From Desulfuromonadaceae bacterium (lineage in GTDB: Bacteria > Desulfobacterota > Desulfuromonadia > Geobacterales > Pseudopelobacteraceae): 64,000 nucleotides of DNA. The translations under genes were made by a program, and so were the position numbers. Below the pieces are notes generated by a model. The model did not search any database. It was given only the letters and a program-made list of their open reading frames with translations, and was not told the DNA's origin. The stretch spans positions 12,927 to 76,926 of the forward strand of contig JAQTRC010000003.1 in assembly GCA_028712665.1 (NCBI GenBank). The letters are read 5' to 3'. This document shows positions 38,627-49,539 of this stretch, one piece after another (within the stretch, counting starts at the first letter, position 1; the number at the start of each line of letters is the position of its first letter).

Positions 38627-39961
38627 TTAAATCTTGTCCCCCTTCAAATCTGCGGCAAACAACTTTCCCGCACCGCGAGAGGCGCAGAAATCGCCGCACA
38701 TGGTGCAGGTGGCCTCGTCCTCCGGTCTGCGACTCTCCCTGATGGCGAGGGCATCCTCCGGATAGAGCGCCAGCTCGAACTGCTTCTCCCAGTTCAGGTC
38801 GCGGCGCGCCTTGGACATCTCTTTATCACGCTGGCGCCCCTTCTCCGGATATTTGTTCATATCGCCGATGTAGGCCGCAATTTTGGCCGCCTTGACCCCC
38901 ATCCGCACGTCCTCCTCGTTCGGGAGAGCCAGGTGCTCGGACGGGGTTATGTAGCAGATCAGATCGGCCCCGAAACGACTCGATTGGGCAGCGCCAATAG
39001 CGGCGGTGATATGGTCGAAACCGGGGGCCACGTCGGTTGCGATCGGGCCGAGCATATAGTACGGCGCGCCGCCGCTCATCCTTTTTTGCAGCTGGATGTT
39101 CCCCTCGATCTCGTCCAGAGGCAGATGTCCCGGCCCTTCCACCAGCATCTGGCACCCCATCTCGCGGCCGATCTCTGCAAGTTCGCAATTGAAGATCAAC
39201 TCCTGGGTCTGGACCCGGTCCGATGAGTCGTGAATCGCTCCGGCCCTGAGGCCGTTACCGAGAGAGAGCACGGTGTCGTACTTTTTCAGGATTGAGACCA
39301 CCCTGTCAAATTTCTCGTAGAGCGGGTTTTCACGGTTGTTGGCGATCATCCAGGCCACCATGGAAACTCCCCCTTTGGAAACCAGTCCGCCGTAACGGTA
39401 CCCCTGCTTGCGCAGCCGCTCGATGGTGCAGAGGTTGATACCGCAGTGCACAGCCATGAAGGCCATGCCGTCTGCGCACTGCCTCTCGATGATGTCGAAC
39501 AGCATCTCCTCGTCCAGCTTGTTCGGGTCTCCGTATTTACGGGCCGCCTCGCAGAAAGCCTGATAGAGCGGCACGTTGCCGACCGGAAGATCGACAGCGG
39601 CGACTACCTCCCGCCTGACCCGATCGAGGTCGCCGCCGACGGAGAGTTCCATAAGGGTGTCGGCCCCGGATTCCTCTGCTGCGAGAGCCTTCCTGATCTC
39701 AGCCCCATAGTCGATGATATCCGAGGAGGTGCCGATGGAGGCGTTGACCTTGGTGGAAAGTCCCTTGCCGATCCCGGCGATGCGGCCCGGCTTGCGGTTC
39801 TGGTTCCAGGGGATGACTATCTTACCTTCAGCCACCATTTTACGGATGTATTCAACATCGAGCTCTTCGTTAACGGCTACTGTCTGCATCTGAGCGGTGA
39901 TGAAGCCCTGCCGGGCGGATTCGATCTGCGTCAACATCGGTTCATTCCTCTCATCTCTCAT
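38627..39961 (-). CDS. bzaF: ThiC-family radical SAM enzyme, predicted 5-hydroxybenzimidazole synthase
   Basis: 444 aa ThiC homolog with a C-terminal Cys motif CTMCGDFC. It is embedded between cobT and cobS, downstream of a cobalamin riboswitch. Confidence 0.7.
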   Translation of the reverse strand: MRDERNEPMLTQIESARQGFITAQMQTVAVNEELDVEYIRKMVAEGKIVIPWNQNRKPGRIAGIGKGLSTKVNASIGTSSDIIDYGAEIRKALAAEESGADTLMELSVGGDLDRVRREVVAAVDLPVGNVPLYQAFCEAARKYGDPNKLDEEMLFDIIERQCADGMAFMAVHCGINLCTIERLRKQGYRYGGLVSKGGVSMVAWMIANNRENPLYEKFDRVVSILKKYDTVLSLGNGLRAGAIHDSSDRVQTQELIFNCELAEIGREMGCQMLVEGPGHLPLDEIEGNIQLQKRMSGGAPYYMLGPIATDVAPGFDHITAAIGAAQSSRFGADLICYITPSEHLALPNEEDVRMGVKAAKIAAYIGDMNKYPEKGRQRDKEMSKARRDLNWEKQFELALYPEDALAIRESRRPEDEATCTMCGDFCASRGAGKLFAADLKGDKI

Positions 39962-39978
39962 CTCTCATCATCGCCTTT

Positions 39979-41046
39979 TCACCCCTGCGATACCCCGGCC
40001 TGCTCGAAGGTCGCCATCTCTTTCAACAGCTTCACTCCGGCATCGATCAGGGTCATGGCCAAAGCGGCGCCTGTTCCTTCGCCAAGGCGGAGTTTGAGAT
40101 CAAGGATCGGTTCAACACCGATCCGCTCCAGCATGAAGCTATGGCCGATTTCTACCGACTGGTGGGCGGCGAATATGTAATCACGCACATTGGGATGCAG
40201 CTCCGAAGCGATCAGGGCTCCGGCCGTGGAGATGAAGCCATCGATCACCACCGGAATCGAGTTGGCGGCACAACCAAGCACCAATCCTGCAATAGCGGCT
40301 ATTTCGAACCCGCCAACCTTGGAAAGAACGTCAAGAGGATCTTTAGGGTCCGGGTTATTGACGGCAAGTCCAAGTTCGATTACCCGTACCTTATTGAGCA
40401 GGGCTGCATCGCCTATACCGGTGCCGCGGTGTGTGACCTCCGACACTTTTTTGCCGGATATGGCCGCTATAATGGCAGATGACGGCGTGGTGTTGCCGAT
40501 CCCCATCTCGCCGGTGCCGACCAGCCCCACCCCTTCAGCATGGCACTTGTCAGCCAGCTCGATTCCGACAAAGAGTGCGGCCTGCATCTCTTCGCGGGTC
40601 ATGGCCGGCCCCTTTGCAAAATTTCGGGTACCTCGTGCAACTTTTTTGCGTATCAGTCCGGCTGTATCGGCAAAGTCATAATCGACCCCGACATCAACCA
40701 CCCGCACCTCGGCCCCTGCATGACGCGCGAGGACGTTGATCCCCGCGCCTCCCGCCAGGAAATTAAAAACCATCTGCGCTGTTACTTCCTTGGGAAATAG
40801 CGAGACCCCCTCTTCTACGACCCCATGGTCAGCGGCAAAGGTAAAAATAACTCTCTTCGAGATATCCGGCTGCCGGCTGCCTCTGATACCGACAATACGG
40901 CAGGCAAACTCTTCCAGCCTCCCAAGCGAGCCAAGCGGCTTGGTCTTGTTGTCCAGAAGAAGCTGGGCCTGCTGTAGAAGATCGGGGCTGACCGGTTTAA
41001 TGCGTTCGAGCGTGTTTTTTATTTTATCCATATAATTCCCTTTCAT
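39979..41046 (-). CDS. cobT: nicotinate-nucleotide--dimethylbenzimidazole phosphoribosyltransferase
   Basis: 355 aa with motifs GEMGIGNTT and EGTGA. ATGA overlap with the cobU stop. Confidence 0.93.
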   Translation of the reverse strand: MKGNYMDKIKNTLERIKPVSPDLLQQAQLLLDNKTKPLGSLGRLEEFACRIVGIRGSRQPDISKRVIFTFAADHGVVEEGVSLFPKEVTAQMVFNFLAGGAGINVLARHAGAEVRVVDVGVDYDFADTAGLIRKKVARGTRNFAKGPAMTREEMQAALFVGIELADKCHAEGVGLVGTGEMGIGNTTPSSAIIAAISGKKVSEVTHRGTGIGDAALLNKVRVIELGLAVNNPDPKDPLDVLSKVGGFEIAAIAGLVLGCAANSIPVVIDGFISTAGALIASELHPNVRDYIFAAHQSVEIGHSFMLERIGVEPILDLKLRLGEGTGAALAMTLIDAGVKLLKEMATFEQAGVSQG

Positions 41047-41576
41047 TTCAGTTTTAACGGAATCCCGCTGATAACGACATGGACCTCCGTCGCCGACGCT
41101 GCCAGTATTTGATTGGTCTTGCCGGCAATATCCCGGAACAGTCGCGCAAGGTTATTTTCCGGCACGATACCCATTCCCAACTCGTTTGACACCATTATTA
41201 CCGGCGTAACCATCCCGTGCAGAGTCGTTTTCAGACGCTGCACATCTTCGAAAATGCTGGCCTCGATATCTTCGCCGGATTGTTCATACTTGAGCAGCAG
41301 ATTGGAAAGCCAGAGTGTGATGCAGTCCACCAGTACAGCCCGATACTGACCATCACAGCGTGCCAGGGCCTGAGCGAGGTGAATCGGCTCCTCGATCGTC
41401 CTCCACTCCGCTCCGCGCCGTTCTATATGTCTGCTTACGCGCTCATCCATCTCTATATCCAGAGCCTGCGCCGTTGCCAGATAAGCGAGCTGCGCGCCGA
41501 AATTACGCGTCACTTTTTCGGCAAAGGCGCTCTTGCCGCTGCGTGCTCCACCGGTTATGAAGATAGTGTGTGACAT
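41043..41576 (-). CDS. cobU: adenosylcobinamide kinase / adenosylcobinamide-phosphate guanylyltransferase
   Basis: 177 aa with P-loop [10 protein letters not shown]. Confidence 0.92.
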   Translation of the reverse strand: MSHTIFITGGARSGKSAFAEKVTRNFGAQLAYLATAQALDIEMDERVSRHIERRGAEWRTIEEPIHLAQALARCDGQYRAVLVDCITLWLSNLLLKYEQSGEDIEASIFEDVQRLKTTLHGMVTPVIMVSNELGMGIVPENNLARLFRDIAGKTNQILAASATEVHVVISGIPLKLK

Positions 41577-41643
41577 AGTAACCCTCCTGAACTTTGATAA
41601 ACTGAAATTATCTCCATCATGAAATTGCAGAGTGAAACTCAGC

Positions 41644-41731
41644 GTTGTCCGGTTTGGTATTTGCAGTTGCCTAAAAGTCCCACCTCCCCTTGCGGGAGGG
41701 GAGGCTTAATGCAAAGAGCAAACCGGACACT
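41644..41731. repeat. nested palindromic element in the cob leader
   Basis: Outer arms GTTGTCCGGTTTGG and CAAACCGGACAC enclose the inner hairpin CCTCCCCTTGCGGGAGGGGAGG. Confidence 0.65.
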
Positions 41732-41743
41732 GCAGAGTAAAAC

Positions 41744-41773
41744 TAAAAAACCCCTGTCCGTGGTGGACAAGGG
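41744..41773 (-). terminator. riboswitch expression-platform terminator
   Basis: The minus strand reads CCCTTGTCC, ACCACG, GACAGGG, followed by GTTTTTTAGTTTT. Confidence 0.8.
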
Positions 41774-41839
41774 CTCGAAGCAACGGGGAATATACAACCC
41801 GACCTCGGCCCCTCTTTCCACGGAGGTTCCAGAAAGCGT

Positions 41840-42000
41840 CGGAATGGCAGGTTTCCTGGCTTCAGGGTCATCTTACTAGCCGCGCCTTCCCAAAATTACT
41901 TTCAGTGGCCGCTGCGGTTTTCATCGCCTGTTACAGTTGCGGGACAGCGAGGGGGTCGCACCCTCTTCCCTATTATCCGTGCCTTGAGCGGCACGGCACC
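41840..42000 (-). ncRNA. cobalamin (B12) riboswitch
   Basis: The minus strand contains AAUAGGGAAGAGGGUGCGA...CCCGCAACUGUAA, then GCCACUG...GGGAAGGCG, then the B12 box AGCCAGGAAACCUGCC. Confidence 0.9.
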
Positions 42001-42033
42001 AAAACCGTGTGTGATGTAACAATTGTAAGGAGG

Positions 42034-42062
42034 TATGTAACAGGCAGGAGGCATAAAGTCAA
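42034..42062 (-). promoter_or_regulatory. candidate sigma70 promoter of the cob operon
   Basis: The minus strand reads TTGACT, 17 nt, TACATA, just upstream of the riboswitch. Confidence 0.35.
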
Positions 42063-42101
42063 AACCAAAAAGAATATCCGATATTTTTTTGCTTTTACCC
42101 C

Positions 42102-42130
42102 TTGATTTTTTAAAGTCGGCTGTTTATATT
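42102..42130 (+). promoter_or_regulatory. groESL sigma70 promoter
   Basis: TTGATT, 17 nt, TATATT, immediately upstream of CIRCE. Confidence 0.6.
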
Positions 42131-42137
42131 CCCGATG

Positions 42138-42164
42138 TTAGCACTCAGCCGACTTGAGTGCTAA
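42138..42164 (+). promoter_or_regulatory. CIRCE operator (HrcA binding site)
   Basis: TTAGCACTC-AGCCGACTT-GAGTGCTAA is a perfect match to the 9-N9-9 CIRCE consensus. Confidence 0.95.
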
Positions 42165-42212
42165 CATTGTCTCTACCAACACACCACCAAAAGATAGAAA
42201 GGAGAAGTAACG

Positions 42213-42500
42213 ATGAATTTAAGACCGCTCCAAGACCGCATCATTGTAAAGAGAGTAGAAGAAGAGACCAAAACGGCAGGAGGTCTTTTCATTCCTGAGA
42301 CCGCTAAAGAGAAGCCGCAGCGCGGCAAAATTGTTGCCGCCGGCAACGGCAAAAAAACGGAAGAGGGCAAAGTGTTGCCGCTCGATGTTAAGGTTGGCGA
42401 CGTAGTCTTGTTTGGAAAATATGCCGGCACAGAAGTTAAAGTTGATGGCGAAGAGTACTTGATGATGCGCGAAGACGACCTTCTGGCTGTTGTAGAATAG
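42213..42500 (+). CDS. groES: co-chaperonin GroES
   Basis: 95 aa starting [14 protein letters not shown]... Confidence 0.98.
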   Translation: MNLRPLQDRIIVKRVEEETKTAGGLFIPETAKEKPQRGKIVAAGNGKKTEEGKVLPLDVKVGDVVLFGKYAGTEVKVDGEEYLMMREDDLLAVVE

Positions 42501-42528
42501 GGAAACATAAAATAAATAACCACTATAA

Positions 42529-44199
<1,671 letters not shown>

Positions 44200-44227
44200 C
44201 CCAATCAGCCATAAACCATTTACCATG

Positions 44228-44258
44228 AAAGGCCGGGAGCGTTATGCTTCCGGCCTTT
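44228..44258 (+). terminator. rho-independent terminator after groEL
   Basis: AAAGGCCGGGAGC, GTTAT, GCTTCCGGCCTTT, followed by ATATTT. Confidence 0.8.
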
Positions 44259-44337
44259 ATATTTCAAAACGGTTGCCACTTGGGCCCAAGCGGCACTATT
44301 ATGCAGTAGATCATACTATTTGAGAGTTAAGGAGGGG

Positions 44338-44658
44338 ATGATGGATTTAACAGGGAAAGCGCTGACAATGAGTGATCTGGTGGCCTATCAGGACGGTTCG
44401 GTGGTAAGCAAGACATTGATCGACAAAAAAATCGGGACCTTGACAATGTTTTCTTTCGGCGAGGGGCAAGGGCTTTCGGAGCACACCGCACCATTTGACG
44501 CATTCGTTCAGATTGTTGATGGGGAGGCTGAAGTAATCATTAACGGAGAAGGGCAAACAGTTTCAACCGGTCAGATGATCATCATGCCGGCCAACATCCC
44601 CCATGAGCTGAAAGCGGTTAAGCCGTTCAAGATGCTGCTGGTCATGATAAGGGCGTAG
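44338..44658 (+). CDS. cupin-domain protein
   Basis: About 106 aa. AAGGAGG ribosome-binding site before the ATG at 44338. Cupin motifs (GLSEHTAPFDAFVQIVDGEAEV...MPANIPH). Confidence 0.75.
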   Translation: MMDLTGKALTMSDLVAYQDGSVVSKTLIDKKIGTLTMFSFGEGQGLSEHTAPFDAFVQIVDGEAEVIINGEGQTVSTGQMIIMPANIPHELKAVKPFKMLLVMIRA

Positions 44659-44701
44659 CGGAAGGGGTTCGGATCGGCTCTTTCACTCCAGAGTGAGACC
44701 A

Positions 44702-46645
44702 TCACTCCGCCTGCTGCATGACCCTCGATAATTCCGCCTCAAGCAGATTCATGCTGTACGGTTTCCGGATTAATCCGGAAGGGGCTTGACCGGTGGTGGT
44801 GCGCCCACCCAGTTCCTCTTCATTGAAGCCGCTGGCAAGGATTACCTTTGTGTCCGGCCTGATATTGTAAATTTCGTTCATCGCAGCTATTCCATCCATG
44901 TTCGGCATGGTCAGATCCATCAGAACGACAGCAATATCGTCCGAATGTTCACGGAATTTAGCGACCGCATCGACGCCGTCATGGGCGGTAATAACCCTGA
45001 AGCCGCAGAGCTTGACCATCTTGGTACAGACTTTAAGGACGGACTTTTCATCATCCACCACCAGGGCCAGACCGGAATGCGTGGTCAAAGGCATGGTGTC
45101 TATAACCGATGCAGACGTAACCTGTTCTTGATCCGTGGCAGGGAGTGAGGATTCCGAAACCGGGAACAGCGCCCTGAAGGTTGTCCCCTTGCCAGGTTTG
45201 CTCTCCACAAACAGGGCTCCGCGGTGTGTCCTCATTATCCCCATGACCGCCGACATTCCAAGTCCACGTCCGGTAAACTTCGTTGTAAAGAAGGGGTCGA
45301 AGATCAGTTTTATCGTTTCCTTGCTCATGCCGCAGCCGTTATCGCTGACCTCCAGGTACGCAAAGCGCCCCGGCAACGGTTTCTCCTCCAGCAGACTGGA
45401 GGCCAGAAAAGTTTGGTCGCAATCCTGGATGCCGGTGGTGAGCTTTATAATGCCCGGCTGCTCTTCAATCGATTCGGCGGCGTTGGTGATCAGATTCATC
45501 ACCACCTGCTGAATTTGGGCTTCACATGCCAAAATGGTCGGCAGTTCCGGAGAGAGGGACAGTTTCATCGAAGCGCCTGCCAGGACTACCGTATTAAGCA
45601 TTTCAGTATTATCCATGACCAGATGATTCAGGTTCACTTCCTCTTTGGTAATAAATCCGACGCCCACATAGGTCAGCATCAAGCTGGTAAGATGAGCTGC
45701 ATGCCTGCCCGAGTTCAAAGCATTTGCGAGATACTTTTGGGACTTCGAACTTGGAGCAAGCCCCATCGAGGCCAGCTCAATATTGCCGAGAATAGACTGC
45801 AAAAGGTTGTTGAAATCGTGGGCAATACCTCCCGCCATAACTCCCAGACTCTCCAGTTTCTGTGTTTGCAACATCTGACGTTCAAGATTCAAACGCTCTT
45901 CCTGGAGGCGGGAATTCTCCTCGCTTCGTTGTTGCAATTCGGTAGCCAGGTTATTGACGGCAACAGCCGCCCGACCCGGTTCATCATTGGTTACAATGTT
46001 GATCCGGGAGGTAAAGTCACCGTTATGCACGGCCTCTATTCCCTTCATAAGGGCATTAAAAGAGCCGGTGACCTGACGTAATACAATATGGCAGAACAGG
46101 GATACCGTCAGCCAGAAGAGAAAGGAAATGCTGACGGAGAATATAATCACATTGCGGACAGCAGCTGACAGGTCGGCCGTTCCACGCACAATTCGCACGG
46201 TTCCGATCTTGGTTCTGGAAGCTTCATGGCCACCGGTAAAGGATGAATCGACCGAATAGGTCAGGGGGTTACTGAACACTTCCACCGTTTGGCTTATCAA
46301 CCCGATTGATTTGGAATCGTCCGGCGAACCGACGAAGGCCAGGAGTTTGCCATCCGGATCGTTGATTACTACCGCGCTGATTTCCGGAGCCTGAGCCGCC
46401 CTCTCTGCCAACTGCCTCAGCAGATCGCGATTTCCGGCATACAGCGGAAGCCTGGCGGACTCGCCCAATTGCTCCGTACGCAGCTTGAGCTGTTCGTTAG
46501 CTGCGAGTCGTTTTTCTTGAATTACAGAGACAATGTACAGAAAGCACAACGTGCAGGCGATCAGAAAGGTCAGCAGGGAAAATATCGAGAAGAGTTTGAA
46601 TTGAAAACTGGATCGAAAGCTTGACGATCGTTCTGGTGGTGACAT
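44702..46645 (-). CDS. hybrid sensor histidine kinase (TM, periplasmic domain, TM, HAMP, HisKA, HATPase_c, REC)
   Basis: 647 aa. Two TM helices flank a ~140-aa periplasmic segment. H-box GGIAHDFNNLL, G-box GRGLGMS and a C-terminal receiver (LVVDDE...LMDLTMPNMDG). Confidence 0.9.
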   Translation of the reverse strand: MSPPERSSSFRSSFQFKLFSIFSLLTFLIACTLCFLYIVSVIQEKRLAANEQLKLRTEQLGESARLPLYAGNRDLLRQLAERAAQAPEISAVVINDPDGKLLAFVGSPDDSKSIGLISQTVEVFSNPLTYSVDSSFTGGHEASRTKIGTVRIVRGTADLSAAVRNVIIFSVSISFLFWLTVSLFCHIVLRQVTGSFNALMKGIEAVHNGDFTSRINIVTNDEPGRAAVAVNNLATELQQRSEENSRLQEERLNLERQMLQTQKLESLGVMAGGIAHDFNNLLQSILGNIELASMGLAPSSKSQKYLANALNSGRHAAHLTSLMLTYVGVGFITKEEVNLNHLVMDNTEMLNTVVLAGASMKLSLSPELPTILACEAQIQQVVMNLITNAAESIEEQPGIIKLTTGIQDCDQTFLASSLLEEKPLPGRFAYLEVSDNGCGMSKETIKLIFDPFFTTKFTGRGLGMSAVMGIMRTHRGALFVESKPGKGTTFRALFPVSESSLPATDQEQVTSASVIDTMPLTTHSGLALVVDDEKSVLKVCTKMVKLCGFRVITAHDGVDAVAKFREHSDDIAVVLMDLTMPNMDGIAAMNEIYNIRPDTKVILASGFNEEELGGRTTTGQAPSGLIRKPYSMNLLEAELSRVMQQAE

Positions 46646-46749
46646 GATCAGTCTCTCAGGCAGCTTATGGTTTGTAAATCAGGCCCGCACAAATATTATA
46701 CATTGCATGGTTCTAACGATTGGTATCACGACCTGATTGTCTATTGCAA

Positions 46750-47616
46750 CTAAAAACCATCCCCTTCGACTGATTGTCCCAGACGCTTCAACACAACGGG
46801 ATTGCTCCTGGGTATAATATTTTTCGGAAAAGCAAGCGGTATGCTGCCAATAGGGTCGCCGTTCAGAATCGCCGAGACCATGGCGCTGGCCTGACGCCCC
46901 AGGCTGATTCGGTCTATTTCAAGGACGACCGCCGCACCCAGCCCCAGATAATTGCCGGCAAAAGAGACGACCGGTATGGCCTGATCCTGTCCGAAACGGA
47001 AATATGCCTCGGTTGTTTCCCTGGTCACCGCTGTGCTGTCCGGCAGCATCCAGAGAGCATCCACCTTGCGGTCCAGCGTCGAAAGCCGTTCTATTGTCTC
47101 ACGGGGTTCGGATATTTCGCGGGTCACCAGTTCGATTCCGGTCGCTTCGGCGGCCTTGCGGGCCAGATGAAGGTACCAGCCGCTCCTGGCCGGATTGTAG
47201 ATTACGCCTACGCGTCTGGTTTTCATGGCCTGGAACATTCTGATACTGCGTTCCGGATGAACGAACATACCGATGCCGGTCAGGTTGGGGTGTAAAGCCT
47301 TCCGGCCATGGATGCCGAGCGACATTACGGTTACCACCGGAGTCTGCGGAACCTTGCGGGCCACTGTCAGGGCGGCGTCCCCCACGGCGAGTATCAGCGT
47401 CGGACGATCCTCGCGCACAATCCGGACAATATCCACCTCGGCATAGTCGGAGAGCACGATCACCCGACGTGAGACGGCACTATCGGCGCGGAAGCCCTTC
47501 AGCACCTCATCGTAGGCCTGATCGCGGCGACTCTGGAGCACCAGGACGTCATAGGCCTGGGCCAGAGAGGGGAGCAGGGTCGCCAGGGCGAGTATCAGAG
47601 AGACAAGGTATCTCAT
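46750..47616 (-). CDS. orphan periplasmic binding protein, ABC_sub_bind (PF04392/COG2984)-like, copy 1
   Basis: 288 aa with a signal peptide. Motifs NLTGIG, RRVGVIYNP, VDALWMLPD and IPVVSF match the ABC_sub_bind pattern. There is no permease or ATPase nearby. 1-nt overlap (TGATG) with the receptor gene. Confidence 0.75.
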   Translation of the reverse strand: MRYLVSLILALATLLPSLAQAYDVLVLQSRRDQAYDEVLKGFRADSAVSRRVIVLSDYAEVDIVRIVREDRPTLILAVGDAALTVARKVPQTPVVTVMSLGIHGRKALHPNLTGIGMFVHPERSIRMFQAMKTRRVGVIYNPARSGWYLHLARKAAEATGIELVTREISEPRETIERLSTLDRKVDALWMLPDSTAVTRETTEAYFRFGQDQAIPVVSFAGNYLGLGAAVVLEIDRISLGRQASAMVSAILNGDPIGSIPLAFPKNIIPRSNPVVLKRLGQSVEGDGF

Positions 47617-49451
47617 CAGAAGCTCACCCTCATTCCGCCTTCGAACCAGCGGCCGGGATTCGGAACCATATCATACTGGTACTGACCGTTGCTGAAGAGG
47701 TTCCGGCCGGAGAAGAACAGTTCCAGCGAACTGTTCTCGCGCTTGAAGAGGATCGCCCCCAGGTGCAGATCCCACAGCAGACCGCCGTAACGAGGGTTGT
47801 CTCCCGGCATGGAGTTCCAGTTGATATGGCTGCCGGTCAAGAGGGCGCGATAGGTTTTGTCGTCATACCGCAGGGAGAGTTTGACGGTGTGACGCGGGGC
47901 ATAATTGACCTGCGCGCCGTCGCTGCTGCGGGTGGTGTCTACGAAGGTGTATCCGGCCCCTAGTGAGGTATTCCAGAGCGGGGTGGTGCGGAGTTCGGCC
48001 TCAGCCCCCAAGGCTTCGTGCCGTTCCACATCCTTCCCCCATGTCTCATTGCGGAAGACGGTTCCCTTCAGCCAGAGATAGGGTACTGAGGTGCTCTCCA
48101 TGCCGATCTGGGTGGTCCAGATCTTCTCCGATGGCTTGTCCACGTCAAGAAACTGAGGCACGCCATAGCCACGGGCGGCATAGGCCCGCAGCATGGTAGT
48201 CTCGCTGGCCTGCCAGGTGCCCCCCAAAGAGTAGCTGTACTGGTCCCCTGCGGTCTGGGTGTGGTCGAAGCGGACTCCGGGGGTGACGCTGAAGCTCCCC
48301 AGCGTGACGGTGTCGTTCAGGTAGGCGCCCCAACGATCGGCAGCCCTGCTGAAAGGACTGTAGGTTGAACCGTCCATGGTGTTGCTGTTATTCTCCAGAT
48401 GGCTGTAGTCGCCACCCGTCACCAGCAGGTCATTATCCCCGCGCCGGACCAGTTTGATACTGGCGCCGCTGACCTGGTTGCTGAAACTGCCGGTGGGGAG
48501 ATCGGGCTGCCAAGTGAGGCCATCGCTGATGTTGAACCAGGAAGTATCGCCTTTCAGAAATGAGTGGCGAGCGCTGAATTCCAATTCCAGCCGCTCGCTG
48601 AGCGGCTGGCGCAGGCCGATGTTGGCGAAGAGCAGGCTTTTGTCCTGATTCTCCTTCAGATCATAGGCCGGGATGAAGAGATCCCCCTGCCTGATCTGGC
48701 TGCGGTTGAAGGTGGCGTAGAGCCGGCCGCTGCCGGGGAGATCCCAGGTCAGTCGGGCATGGGCGTTGGTGGAGGCGTTCTGGGTATTGGGGAGGATGCC
48801 GTTGCTCCCCAGGAAACCGCCCGATAGGTAGTACCCCAGTCTTCCGCTGCTGCCGGAGAGTTCCAGGGAACTGTCGGCGGTGGTCCGCTCGCCGATGGAG
48901 GCGCTGGCAGTGCCGGAGAGGGTGCGGTCTTGCACCGGAGCCTTGGTGATAACGTTGATCACCCCGGCCAGGGCCGAGCCCCAGGCCGCAGAAGCAGCTC
49001 CTTTGACGATCTCGACCCGCTCGATGATCCGGGCCGGAATCAGGGTGGTTTCGGAGTAATTGTCCCCAAGATTGGTTATTGAGAGCCCGTCCACAAAGAC
49101 CTGGACGTGTTGGAAGCTGGAACTTTGGATAAAAGTGTAGGCGGTGATGCCGGGACCGCCGTTGTGCAAAACCTGGATGCCGGGGATTGTATCGAGAATG
49201 TCGGCCAGGGTATGGGCGTTCATGGCCGCGATGTCGGCGAAGGTTATAACGGTGACGTTCTCGGCGGTCTGGGAGAGCGGCTTGGGGGCGCGGCTGGCTG
49301 TGGAGGCGCTCTCCTGCCAGGCGCTGAACAGTTCGAGGGTATCCTCGTCGTCCGGCTCGGCGGCTAAAACCGTACAGGGCAGGAGCACGATCATCAACCA
49401 GATGACAGAAAACAATCCCCGCAGGGTATGTAAAGGTGAGAAATTTGACAT
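47616..49451 (-). CDS. TonB-dependent outer-membrane receptor, copy 1
   Basis: 611 aa with a signal peptide, a plug domain (ENVTVIT...IERVEIVKGAASAAWGS), a beta-barrel and a terminal Phe. Confidence 0.9.
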   Translation of the reverse strand: MSNFSPLHTLRGLFSVIWLMIVLLPCTVLAAEPDDEDTLELFSAWQESASTASRAPKPLSQTAENVTVITFADIAAMNAHTLADILDTIPGIQVLHNGGPGITAYTFIQSSSFQHVQVFVDGLSITNLGDNYSETTLIPARIIERVEIVKGAASAAWGSALAGVINVITKAPVQDRTLSGTASASIGERTTADSSLELSGSSGRLGYYLSGGFLGSNGILPNTQNASTNAHARLTWDLPGSGRLYATFNRSQIRQGDLFIPAYDLKENQDKSLLFANIGLRQPLSERLELEFSARHSFLKGDTSWFNISDGLTWQPDLPTGSFSNQVSGASIKLVRRGDNDLLVTGGDYSHLENNSNTMDGSTYSPFSRAADRWGAYLNDTVTLGSFSVTPGVRFDHTQTAGDQYSYSLGGTWQASETTMLRAYAARGYGVPQFLDVDKPSEKIWTTQIGMESTSVPYLWLKGTVFRNETWGKDVERHEALGAEAELRTTPLWNTSLGAGYTFVDTTRSSDGAQVNYAPRHTVKLSLRYDDKTYRALLTGSHINWNSMPGDNPRYGGLLWDLHLGAILFKRENSSLELFFSGRNLFSNGQYQYDMVPNPGRWFEGGMRVSF

Positions 49452-49539
49452 GGCGTTAGCGTTAGCGTTGTAGTATACATATTTCAGTCCGGTTGTCCAC
49501 CGGTTATGTTATGTAAATCCACACGCAAGGGGGGTGAAC

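Noticed and set aside
41619-41879. Small ORFs (86 aa plus strand, 60 aa minus strand) in the cob leader.
   Set aside because: They overlap the riboswitch, its terminator and a palindromic repeat, so RNA structure explains the region.
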